Of a stretch of DNA of 55,086 bases, positions 1 through 8,690 are shown piece by piece. Positions within the stretch are counted from its first letter, which is position 1. Every line of letters starts with the position of its first letter. The stretch comes from Syntrophomonadaceae bacterium (GTDB lineage: Bacteria > Bacillota > Dethiobacteria > DTU022 > UBA8154), in contig PWTK01000007.1 in the NCBI GenBank assembly GCA_003563895.1, positions 1 through 55,086 of the forward strand, read 5' to 3'. The notes beneath the pieces are model-generated. The model did no database searches. It worked only from the letters and a program-made list of their open reading frames with translations, and had not been told where the DNA came from. A program made the translations under genes and the position numbers.

Positions 1-404
1 GAGATCTGAAATTTCAGCACGGAAACCAGGATGACAGACACTCCAAGGCCTACCAGCGCCCGCCCGACAAAGGCCGCTCCCAGCCCCGGCGCCAGCGCAA
101 AAAGCAGGGTGCCGGCTGCCGTCAGCATCATGCCCGAGCTAACGGTGCGGCGCGGACCCCAGAAGTCGGCCAGCAGGCCGGAGGGGATCTGCATGATCAA
201 GTAAATGAGGGCGTACATTCCGGCCAGCGCCCCGGCTACTGCAGCATCCCTGATGCCCAGGTCGGCGATGAGGTAGTCCAAAACCACCGCCGGTGCCACG
301 CGGTGGAAATAGGCGACCAGGTACGACAGGGCCAGCAGGGAATACATCAACCAGGCCACGTGCCGCAGGTTGAAGCGTCTCTCTTCCAAAGCCTCCGTCG
401 TCAT
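1..404 (-). CDS. MFS transporter (5' part; runs off window edge)
   Basis: Manual translation from ATG at 404 (SD GAGG upstream): MTTEALEERRFNLRHVAWLMYSLLALSYLVAYFHRVAPAVV...QIPSGLLADFWGPRRTV...GRALVGLG; contains MFS motif A (GxLADxxGxR). Not in the ORF track because it is truncated. Confidence 0.85.
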   Translation of the reverse strand, partial: MTTEALEERRFNLRHVAWLMYSLLALSYLVAYFHRVAPAVVLDYLIADLGIRDAAVAGALAGMYALIYLIMQIPSGLLADFWGPRRTVSSGMMLTAAGTLLFALAPGLGAAFVGRALVGLGVSVILVSVLKFQI

Positions 405-430
405 GGATAAACCTCATTTGCTTGAAGAGT

Positions 431-496
431 AAAAAAAACCCTGCTGTCCTCGTGTCCCTGCAGCAAAAGGGGAAATTGAAGCCGGCACGAGGGCAG
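431..496 (-). terminator. Hairpin plus U-tract (intrinsic terminator or attenuator) just upstream of the MFS gene
   Basis: Inverted repeat CTGTCCTCGTG (444-454) / CACGAGGGCAG (486-496) followed on the minus strand by T8 (431-438). Confidence 0.45.
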
Positions 497-775
497 GTCG
501 GGCTGCTCCAGGAATGCAACGAAAAGTTCCCGAGAAAAAAATGCTACCAAACCAGTGGCCCGGCGCAAAGCGGCCTAACGTGGTGCCGGTCGCCGCCTAA
601 AGAAGCAGCTCTCAGCCCAACCGACATTCCGGGGAAAAATCCCTCATTGCGAGCCGTCCGCCTGCCGACGGGGAGGCAGCCGTTTTGGCCAGGAGCAGCC
701 CGCCCCCTTCGGCTTTGCCGGCACCCCCACCGTCCGTCTCGGCAGACCGGAGGCGTGTGACGTCGTTCTTCCCCG

Positions 776-1645
776 TCAAGCCTGCTTTTTTTCGGCCAGC
801 TCCAGGGTTTGCACCCCGTCTGCAGCCAGGTCTATCAGGTGCACACACCCTTTTCCCTCCCCCATGAGGGAAGCGATCTCCCTTTTCTCCATCCCGGCAA
901 TCTGCCGGCCCTCCAGCGCTTTGGCAAAAGCTGCCGCTTCGCGGCAAACTTCGTCCGGGATGCGCGGCAGAAAACCCTGCGCCCGGGTTACCATTCCCCC
1001 TTCCGCCAGCTCCAACTCCAGCAGTGCCCCGTGGAAAGAATCGTTGAGGCTGCCCAGCAGGTAAAGCTTGTTTTCCGTACTGTAGAGGATCTGCTCCTTG
1101 GCCCTGGAGAAGAGGAGTCCCTGCCGGTAGCTGCCTGCATATTCGTCCCAGTTGCGGGTAACCCGCTCGAGAAAACTGTAATAGCGGCAGGAGCCATCGA
1201 AGAGCTTGGCGAAGTGCTGCCCGTATTCGCTTGGAGAGGAAAAGCCCCGCTCGCGCCAGAGAAAGGTCTCTGCCTGGACGATCCCCCGCACCCCTTCCGC
1301 GAAAAGCTCCCCGACAAATTCGTGCTTCAGGAACTCCACGGCTCGCCGCAGCTGGGGCCCGCAGCCCAGGTACGCTTCCAGGCCGGCCAGTTGGGGAAGC
1401 GCGATGCTTCTACCGAACGCCTCCTCCGGGTGGCGGTATATTTCAAAGGATGCTGACAGCACCTCAAAGCTAATGGGGTGCGCCTCCATGCGGGCGCAAT
1501 ATTCCCGATCCTCGTCCAGGTAATACACCTCCACCAACAGCCGCGCCTCCCAGCGGCGCACATGGGAATGCCAGCTGCGCTGGTAAATCGCTTCCCCACC
1601 GTTTTCTCCCGGGTTGTGATGACCATTTCCCGTCGGCATCTTCAT
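776..1645 (-). CDS. DUF2889-type domain protein (tandem domains)
   Basis: 289-aa ORF with SD GGGGGG; C-terminal 'LNDSFHG...PRIPDEVC...GCVHLIDL' pattern typical of DUF2889. Confidence 0.65.
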   Translation of the reverse strand: MKMPTGNGHHNPGENGGEAIYQRSWHSHVRRWEARLLVEVYYLDEDREYCARMEAHPISFEVLSASFEIYRHPEEAFGRSIALPQLAGLEAYLGCGPQLRRAVEFLKHEFVGELFAEGVRGIVQAETFLWRERGFSSPSEYGQHFAKLFDGSCRYYSFLERVTRNWDEYAGSYRQGLLFSRAKEQILYSTENKLYLLGSLNDSFHGALLELELAEGGMVTRAQGFLPRIPDEVCREAAAFAKALEGRQIAGMEKREIASLMGEGKGCVHLIDLAADGVQTLELAEKKQA

Positions 1646-2135
1646 TTACCCCCCCGGCATTTCTCATATTTCTTTATCCTTTTTTCCGGGAAAACCCTTC
1701 ATCCGTCCGGTTGACCCGATGAACCGAACTTTTTCTTATGGTTGCCTTCAAAAACCGCCCGCCCCGGCAATATATACAAAATGTTTCACGTCTGCCCGTT
1801 TAAAGGGCCTTTCTAAACAATGCGTACAAGGGAATGCGCGCTTTTTTCTTTCCCTCCACACAGGAGCAGACCAAAGCCAATTTCTTTTGAGCATTATAGC
1901 ACATTCTGGAATTCAATTCCAGTGCGGAACCTTTATTTTCACGACAGCAAACTTTTTGACCCTACCGCCGCCAAATCATCCTGGCACGCCCCCTGTGCCT
2001 GGAGAACACTTTTCAATATGGCCCCGTCTGCAGTCATTTCCCGGGAAATATGCTGTCCGACCTGCCGGGGGATGGCCGGCCACCGAAAGGCTTGCGAGCC
2101 CTCCAGAGGCAGTAGTGGGAAGGGATCCTTCAGCT

Positions 2136-2696
2136 TTAAAAGGCAACCTCTTCCAGCAATCCGCTGCCGTCAGCCGCCAGCACCTGCAACGTCCGCAGTT
2201 CGGTGTCCAGCAAGCCCACGGTGGCTCTTTCGTTTTTGGGGAGGGAAGGAGACCCCGGGTTGAAGAGGGTGAGCTCCCCGTCACGCCTGGCCACAGGCGT
2301 GTGTATGTGTCCAAAAACCACCACGTCCGAATGGAAGCGGCGGCCCAGTTCTGCCAGCTCCGCCTCGGAGCGGTCGGTGCCGTGGAGCATGAGAAATTTT
2401 ATCCCGTCCAGGCAGGCATAAAAATAGGGCGAGAGCAGGGGGAGGTTAAGCAAGAGATCGTCCACGTCGGCATCGCAATTTCCCCGGGCAATAAATACGG
2501 GCACAGGGCAGTCGTTAATGCGCGCCGCCAGCCCCCGGGGATCATAGCCCCCCGGCAGGGGGTTGCGCGGCCCGTGGTAAAGCACATCGCCGGCGTGGAA
2601 GATAAGCTCGCAGCCTGCAAAGAGATCCAGCGCATCCTCCCAGGATTCCCGTGAGCCGTGCGTGTCGCTGATAATGCCGATCTTCACTTTTTTCAA
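2136..2696 (-). CDS. yfcE: YfcE/MJ0936-family metallophosphoesterase
   Basis: Motifs ISDTHG, HAGDVLYHGPRN, GNCD, LHG, FGHIH, NPGS. Confidence 0.9.
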   Translation of the reverse strand: MKKVKIGIISDTHGSRESWEDALDLFAGCELIFHAGDVLYHGPRNPLPGGYDPRGLAARINDCPVPVFIARGNCDADVDDLLLNLPLLSPYFYACLDGIKFLMLHGTDRSEAELAELGRRFHSDVVVFGHIHTPVARRDGELTLFNPGSPSLPKNERATVGLLDTELRTLQVLAADGSGLLEEVAF

Positions 2697-2828
2697 CCTC
2701 CAGAGAAGAAATGCTTTGCCGTTCCGGCAGAAAAAAGCCGCCCTAAAACCACACCAAAGAGAACCGCGTGGATCTCGGCCTTATACCGTTGGTGCGGCCG
2801 GGCATTCTTTTGGTCATGAAGCGGCGGC

Positions 2829-3728
2829 TCACAGGGCCTCTTCAAATGAACCTTCGGCGTGCGTGGTCGCGGCCGCCTCCCGGCCCAAAATGGCCTTTTT
2901 CCGCGCCGAACCCCAGCGATACTCACCGAGCACACCCGTCTTGCGAATAACACGGTGGCAGGGGATCAGGTAACTGACCGGGTTTTGGGCCACCGCACCC
3001 GCCACTGCCCGGCTGGCCCGGGGGTTGCCGAGGGAGGCCGCCACGTCCTCATAGCTCAACAGGTTTCCCTGCGGGATCCTGAGCAATGCCTCCCAAACCT
3101 GTACCTGGAAATTAGTACCTTTTACGTGCAGTTTCAGGGGGCCATCCTTACCCGTTCCCCCTGCGGCGCTGCAAAAAATTTTTTGCACGTAATGGGAGGT
3201 AAAGGCCGGGTCCTCCTCCAAGGCGGCGCCGGGCCACCTTCCTTGCAGATCCTCCAGGGCTCCTGCTTCCCCTTTTTCCAGGTGGAAGCTCAAACTGCAG
3301 ATCCCCCGGGAGGTTGTTGCAAGGAGGCAGGCTCCAAAGGGCGTGTCGTGAAAGCCGTAGCGAACGGAAGTGCCTGCGCCACCCTTTTTGTATTCCCCCG
3401 GGGTCACGGCCACCAGCACCACAAACAAATCGTGCAAACGCCCCGGGGAGGAAAGCCCCGCCTCATAGCTCGCTTCCAGTACGCTTTTTGAACGTTCCAG
3501 GGCGCTCTTGGCATGCCGGACCGTTAAAAACTGCAAAAAGCGCTTGGGGCTGAGTCCGGCCCAACGTCCGAAAAGGCGATGGAAATGGTAGGGACTGAGC
3601 CCGACGTCCGAGGCGATCTCCTCTAGCGATGGCTGGCGGCGCCAATGGGCCTCCAGGTAACAGAGCGCTTTTTCTACGAGGTAATAATCCTGGCACTGCT
3701 GTGCCAGCTTGGCCGACTTCACCTTCAT
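2829..3728 (-). CDS. Bifunctional AraC-HTH / methylated-DNA--protein-cysteine methyltransferase (Ada/Ogt-like)
   Basis: AraC HTH 'PSLEEIASDVGLSPYHFHRLF' plus active site IPCHRV. Start moved to ATG 3728 (SD GGGAGG). Confidence 0.9.
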   Translation of the reverse strand: MKVKSAKLAQQCQDYYLVEKALCYLEAHWRRQPSLEEIASDVGLSPYHFHRLFGRWAGLSPKRFLQFLTVRHAKSALERSKSVLEASYEAGLSSPGRLHDLFVVLVAVTPGEYKKGGAGTSVRYGFHDTPFGACLLATTSRGICSLSFHLEKGEAGALEDLQGRWPGAALEEDPAFTSHYVQKIFCSAAGGTGKDGPLKLHVKGTNFQVQVWEALLRIPQGNLLSYEDVAASLGNPRASRAVAGAVAQNPVSYLIPCHRVIRKTGVLGEYRWGSARKKAILGREAAATTHAEGSFEEAL

Positions 3729-3772
3729 TCCCTCCCGCTTCCGATAATTGTCTCCTTTGCCCCCATGGGGCA

Positions 3773-4609
3773 CTAAAAAGATGGGTCGAAGCGTTCCAGC
3801 TCTTTCAAGGAGATGGCCAGCCCGTACCTTTCACCGCCCCTCTCCACCACGGCAAACACCACTCCCACCGCAATTCCGTCCCGGTCAAAAACGGGGCTGC
3901 CGCTGCTGCCCCGGTAGATGGGAGCGCGGATCTGCATTAAGGGTTCGGAGAGGCCTTCCACGCTCATCTGGTCGGCAACTTCCCCTTCTGTCGCCACCCA
4001 GCGGTAACCCAGGGGGTTCCCCACCACCAGGACCTTTTCCCCGGCAGGCAGGGACGGGCGCAGTTCGGCCTCTACCGAAGGAAAATTTTCGCCTTCGATA
4101 TCCAAAAGCACCACGTCCACATTCTCGTCGGGAAAATACTCCGGCTCGGAAGCGCGGTGCGTCCCGTAGTCCTCAAACGCTACGAAAACAGCCCCGGCGC
4201 CTTCCACCACGTGCCTGTTGGTAATGATGGTTCCGTCAGGGCTTACGTTGAATCCCGTTCCCTGGCCCCTCGCCAGTCCAAAAACACCGGACTGCACGGT
4301 GGAAACCCGCACGACCGCGCTCTGCAGATCCCTTACCCACGGGTCTTCCTGCAGCGCCTGGGATTCTTCCAGGAACTCGGGGGTGGGCTGGACCAGGGCC
4401 TGCAGGACCCCCATCAGCATGAAAACGGGAAAGGCAAAGAGGAGCACCATCACGACAATATGGAACAAGGAAAAAGAACCTTTGGCTTCTTCTTCGCCCA
4501 TTTCCAGGTCTCCATACTCCCGGTTCAGCCATTCGGCCTCATCGGGGTCGGGCAGACTCCTGTGGTTAAGCTCGCCTTCTTCATCGCGATATTTTCGACC
4601 GCCAACCAC
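3773..4609 (-). CDS. Membrane-anchored trypsin-like (S1C) serine protease, no PDZ domain
   Basis: One TM segment, GTGF, TNRHVV (His), DV (Asp), GSSGSP (Ser). Confidence 0.88.
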   Translation of the reverse strand: MVGGRKYRDEEGELNHRSLPDPDEAEWLNREYGDLEMGEEEAKGSFSLFHIVVMVLLFAFPVFMLMGVLQALVQPTPEFLEESQALQEDPWVRDLQSAVVRVSTVQSGVFGLARGQGTGFNVSPDGTIITNRHVVEGAGAVFVAFEDYGTHRASEPEYFPDENVDVVLLDIEGENFPSVEAELRPSLPAGEKVLVVGNPLGYRWVATEGEVADQMSVEGLSEPLMQIRAPIYRGSSGSPVFDRDGIAVGVVFAVVERGGERYGLAISLKELERFDPSF

Positions 4610-4749
4610 CGGCTACACTCCCTTCACGGCAACAGCCTCCCGTTCACTCTAAAACGCCGGCGGATTCGATAATCTGCGCCAAAAAAAATGTCTTGCAGTT
4701 AGCCCCATTATAACACAAACTGCGAAATTCCCCCATGGGCTCCGAAAGC

Positions 4750-4863
4750 AAAAAAGGACAGCCCCCGGACATGCCTGGCTGCTACTTCCAGGCAAGCAGG
4801 GGCAGTCCTCGACCCGGTCGGGCGGCGTTTCTCAAACTGTGCAGGTTTCCCCTTGCCCGACCG
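4750..4863 (-). terminator. Tandem hairpins with U-tract downstream of nrdD
   Basis: GGACAGCCCC(4756-4765)/GGGGCAGTCC(4799-4808) enclosing TGCCTGG/CCAGGCA, followed by T6 on the minus strand; second stem CGGTCGGGC(4815-4823)/GCCCGACCG(4855-4863). Confidence 0.5.
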
Positions 4864-5078
4864 AATTGCCGCGGGCCACGATAACGGCATCTTCAGACAT
4901 TTCAAGGGCCGGAGGCTTGTTGCCATTTTTGCAGTGTTTGTGGCATTTATTTTTCGACCGAGCCATTGCTCAAAACCCGGTTGACATCACATCTCAAACC
5001 TTCCAACCAAACATACCGGGATACCTAAAACGCTTCATGCCCGGGACACACCGCACTGCTGCGCCGCGAGCCTTTTTC

Positions 5079-8000
5079 TTAAAGGGAAAACATTTTGCGC
5101 TCGTTGAACTCCTGGACTTTGCCCAGGTTCCAGTTCTGGACGGGCCGGTAGTAACCCACCACCCTGCTCCAAACTTCCGCCTCCTGCCCGCAGTAAGGGC
5201 AGAGGAACTGTTCTCCGGGCAGGTAGCCGTGGCCCCTGCACACGGAAAAGGTCGGCGTCAGGGAAACGTAGGGCAGCGAGTAGCGCTCGCAGACGCGCTG
5301 CAGAAGCTTTTTGGCCGCCTCCACGTCTTCGATCCGTTCCCCCAGGAAGGCGTGGAAAACGGTGCCCCCGGTGTACTTGCACTGCAGGTCGTCCTGGAGA
5401 TCCAGCGCCTCGAAAATATCGTCGGTATGTCCCACGGGCAGCTGGGTGGAGTTGGTGTAGAAGGGAGCCTCTACGCTTCCCGATACGGCAATGCCCGGGT
5501 AAAGCTCCCGATCCAGCAGCGCCAGGCGGTAACTCGTCCCTTCGCCGGGGGTGGCCTCCAGGTTGAACATCTGCCCGGTTTCCTCCTGGAACCTGATCAG
5601 CAGCGAACGCAGGTGATCTATTGCGATATTGGCCGCTTCCTGGCCTTCCCCGGTGGTGATATCACAGCCGAAAAGGTTCTCCAGCGCCTCATTCATGCCG
5701 ATGATGCCGATGGTGTTAAAGTGGTTTTCCCAGTAGCTGCCGAAGCGCTCATAGACCTGGCGCAGGTAATACCGCGAATAGGGATACAGCCCGGAAGAGG
5801 TAAGCTGCTCCAGGATGTCGCGCTTGATCACCAGGCTGTCCCGGGCCAGCTCCGCCTGCCCGGTCAGACGCTCCAGGAACTCCCCCAGGTGCCCGGACTT
5901 GAAGCCCAGGCGCGGCAGGTTGATGGTCACCACGCCGATGGATCCGGTCAGCGGGTTGGCGCCGAAAAGCCCCCCTCCCCGCCTCTTCAGCTCCCGGTTG
6001 TCCAGGCGCAGGCGGCAGCACATGCTGCGCACGTCCTCCGGAGAAAGGTCGGAGTTGATGAAATTGGCGAAGTACGGGATCCCGTACTTGGCGGTCATGG
6101 CCATGATCTCTTCCGTGACGGGATTCTGGAAGAAATCCCCAGAGACGTTGTAAGTGGGGATGGGAAAGGTGAAGACGCGCCCCTCGGCGTCGCCCTCCAT
6201 CATAACCTCGCAGAATGCCCTGTTGAGCAGGTCCATCTCCTCCTGGAACTGCCCGTAGGTCTCTTCCCGCACAAGGCCGCCCACCACCACGGGTTGGTCG
6301 GCCAGGGCAGGCGAAGGGTTCACATCCAGGGTGATGTTGATGAAGGGGGTCTGGAACCCGACCCGGGTGGGCACATTCAAATTAAAAATAAATTCCTGCA
6401 TGGCCTGCTTTACCCCCTTGTAGTCCAGGCCGTCATATCTTATAAAGGGGGCCAGGTATGTATCGAAGTTGGCCAGCGCCTGCGCGCCTGCTGAGTTGCC
6501 ACACCAGGCCGGTTTATCTTTTCTTCTGACATAAAGGGTATGGTTTGGCACCTCAACACAATATACTTTTCCTTTGTAATGCTTCTTCTCAACTCCATTG
6601 CACACAAAGTTTCTTTTATTTCGGGAAATTGAAACACCGTACCAGCAAAAGTGCTCCTTTTGTTTTTTATAGATGGATGCCGCATAACCTAATTTCATAA
6701 CAATATCCTGCACATCATCAGCCAGGGCCCTGCTTTTTGTATAATATATCAAATTACCATTGCTTTCATATCCATCGCCCTTCATCATCCAGTCAAACAG
6801 GATTTTAAGTTGCCTTTTTTCTAGTTGTTTGAGCTCACAAGACATCTTTTTTTCTCCCGCTTTGCCAAGTTTTCTCAAATAAGAAAAAAGCTGTTTATCC
6901 CAAATGCAGTATTCTATTTTGTCATTAAACTGCTTTTTGCTATACGTAAATGGCAGTCTTTGCAATACTTCTTCAAATTCTTCTGCTGTTGTCCCTGCAT
7001 TTTGATGTATCCGAACTTGGTATTCATAGTATGTTTTATTCCTGTTGGCACGGTTCCTTTTTTGTAAATAAGTTGAACCTTCGGCCAACCAAAAACCCAA
7101 AAAGGCCAGCCAGTCATCCATTTTTATTTTTTTCTCTTTTTTCTTCACTGTTACATAACTGCTGCCATAATTTCGGTACTGTTTTACTTCAATGCCTGGC
7201 AAAACAAAAAAATCCACTCGTTCTCCCTGCCATTCACCCTGTTTAGGAATAAAATGCAGGTTTGGATTAAAGTTTTTCGCCTTAACAATTTTTCTAAAAT
7301 ATCGCACCCCGTTATACGGAGAATATTGGTCAACGACCATGTTGTGATTGGGAGTAACAAGTAAATTTACCCTGTTATTGTGAAAGTGATACATCTCTCC
7401 ATCATAATCATAGGCAAAAAATTGAACAGGTCTTTGCAGCTCTATTTTGTTCGTTTCGTTGTTTAAAGTATACACCTTATCTTTGCCGTTTAACTCATAA
7501 AAAAACTTCCAGCCCGTATCTGTTAATACCTGGGTATCCTCCGCATAGCACTCACCCTGGAGGGTGTAGAAAAAGTTCACCACCTGCCCCAGGGCGGTCT
7601 TGAGGTGATTGGGCGGCTTGGAGGTCACCTTTTGGGGGGCGCCCCGAAAGCCGTTCAGGAGGATATCTTCCAGGTTCCAGCCGCAGCAGTAGGGAGCCAG
7701 CAGCCCCAGGTCGTGAATGTGCAGGTCTCCCCAGCGGTGGGCCTCCCTGATCTTGTCCGGGTAGACTTTTTCCAGCCAGTAGCGGGAGGTTACAGCGGAT
7801 ATAATGTGGTTGTTCAGGCCCTGCAGCGAGAAGTTCATGTTGCTGTTTTCTTTCACGCGCCAGTCCAATCCGCCGATGTAGTCCTGGACCATTTTTTCGG
7901 CGTTCAGCATCAGGTGCTGAAAGTTTCTGACCTCGCTGCGCTGCTTGCGGTAAAGGATGTAGGCTTTGGCCGTCTTGGCGTGACCGTTTTCGATCAGCAC

Positions 8001-8210
8001 CTTTTCCACGATGTCCTGCACTTCCTCCACCGAGGGATATTCCACGGTGAAGGTGTCTTCGATGATCTCCATCACCTGGTCCGTCAGGTAAACGGCCCGG
8101 TCCCGGTCACCACCGCCTACGGCTGCCGCTGCTTTGAAAATGGCTTCCGTAATCTTTTCTTTGTCAAAAGAGACAACCCTGCCGTCTCGTTTGATGATCT
8201 TCTCTATCAA
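5079..8210 (-). CDS. nrdD: Anaerobic (class III) ribonucleoside-triphosphate reductase with N-terminal ATP-cone; contains an intein
   Basis: ATP cone (IIKRDGRVVSFD), HIHDL, YCCGW, RSMCCRLRL, CxxH...CPYC Zn site, glycyl-radical motif WSRVVGY. Likely TTG start at 8210 after SD AAGGAGGG. Confidence 0.95.
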   Translation of the reverse strand: MIEKIIKRDGRVVSFDKEKITEAIFKAAAAVGGGDRDRAVYLTDQVMEIIEDTFTVEYPSVEEVQDIVEKVLIENGHAKTAKAYILYRKQRSEVRNFQHLMLNAEKMVQDYIGGLDWRVKENSNMNFSLQGLNNHIISAVTSRYWLEKVYPDKIREAHRWGDLHIHDLGLLAPYCCGWNLEDILLNGFRGAPQKVTSKPPNHLKTALGQVVNFFYTLQGECYAEDTQVLTDTGWKFFYELNGKDKVYTLNNETNKIELQRPVQFFAYDYDGEMYHFHNNRVNLLVTPNHNMVVDQYSPYNGVRYFRKIVKAKNFNPNLHFIPKQGEWQGERVDFFVLPGIEVKQYRNYGSSYVTVKKKEKKIKMDDWLAFLGFWLAEGSTYLQKRNRANRNKTYYEYQVRIHQNAGTTAEEFEEVLQRLPFTYSKKQFNDKIEYCIWDKQLFSYLRKLGKAGEKKMSCELKQLEKRQLKILFDWMMKGDGYESNGNLIYYTKSRALADDVQDIVMKLGYAASIYKKQKEHFCWYGVSISRNKRNFVCNGVEKKHYKGKVYCVEVPNHTLYVRRKDKPAWCGNSAGAQALANFDTYLAPFIRYDGLDYKGVKQAMQEFIFNLNVPTRVGFQTPFINITLDVNPSPALADQPVVVGGLVREETYGQFQEEMDLLNRAFCEVMMEGDAEGRVFTFPIPTYNVSGDFFQNPVTEEIMAMTAKYGIPYFANFINSDLSPEDVRSMCCRLRLDNRELKRRGGGLFGANPLTGSIGVVTINLPRLGFKSGHLGEFLERLTGQAELARDSLVIKRDILEQLTSSGLYPYSRYYLRQVYERFGSYWENHFNTIGIIGMNEALENLFGCDITTGEGQEAANIAIDHLRSLLIRFQEETGQMFNLEATPGEGTSYRLALLDRELYPGIAVSGSVEAPFYTNSTQLPVGHTDDIFEALDLQDDLQCKYTGGTVFHAFLGERIEDVEAAKKLLQRVCERYSLPYVSLTPTFSVCRGHGYLPGEQFLCPYCGQEAEVWSRVVGYYRPVQNWNLGKVQEFNERKMFSL
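6495..7550 (-). mobile_element. Intein (352 aa) with LAGLIDADG homing endonuclease inside nrdD
   Basis: Begins C1 (CYAEDTQVLTD), block B VTPNH, LAGLIDADG-like blocks FLGFWLAEG and DWMMKGDG, block F VYCVEV, ends WCGN followed by +1 Ser. Visibly AT-rich against GC-rich flanks. Confidence 0.95.
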
Positions 8211-8442
8211 CTCTGCCCCTCCTTGCCCTGAAAAGCTTGTGGTAAATCTCATTCTATCTTATCTTTTCCACCTCTTTTTGCCAAATCCCACCCACGAGCG
8301 ATATGCGGCAAAAAAAAGGTGTTTTTCTCTATTCACTGGCTTCAACGTTAAAATTGACACTTTCTCCCCTCATAAAAAAGGGCCGCCTTTTCCAAAAACC
8401 AAGGACGGCCACTGTTTTGCCGGGCGAAAGAGCAAGCGGGCT

Positions 8443-8680
8443 AATGGGTATCCACTTAACCGGAGTTGTGATATAAGATTGGCATGGATTACCCCCCTGA
8501 TGGCGTACACTACCCGAAATCCGCAGGTGAGTTTCAGGCTTGGTTCAGGACCGATGCAGGCCGCCTGGATTATCTGGACCGGCTGCGATGGGCCCAGGGC
8601 TTCGTCTGCCAAATCTGCAGCCACAATGGGAGTTGGAAGCCGGGATATTACCACCCGGTCCGGTTAAGTGGATACCCTAA
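8443..8680 (+). mobile_element. Internally deleted IS1595-family element (MITE-like, 238 bp)
   Basis: Perfect 19-bp TIRs GGGTATCCACTTAACCGGA (8446-8464 / 8659-8677), each 3 nt from the end, with 8-bp direct repeat AGCGGGCT (8435-8442, 8681-8688). Confidence 0.85.
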
Positions 8681-8690
8681 AGCGGGCTAA
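8484..8690 (+). pseudogene. IS1595-family transposase N-terminal fragment (Zn-ribbon)
   Basis: YPKSAGEFQAWFRTD...DYLDRLRWAQGFVCQIC resembles the IS1595 Zn-ribbon N-terminus; the DDE domain is absent. Confidence 0.8.

Noticed and set aside
480-640. Cobalamin-riboswitch-like words (GCCACTG...GGGAA...GACCTGCC) on the minus strand
   Set aside because: The conserved 5' core (GGGAA..GGTG..AATCC..CC..AC.GT) was not found.
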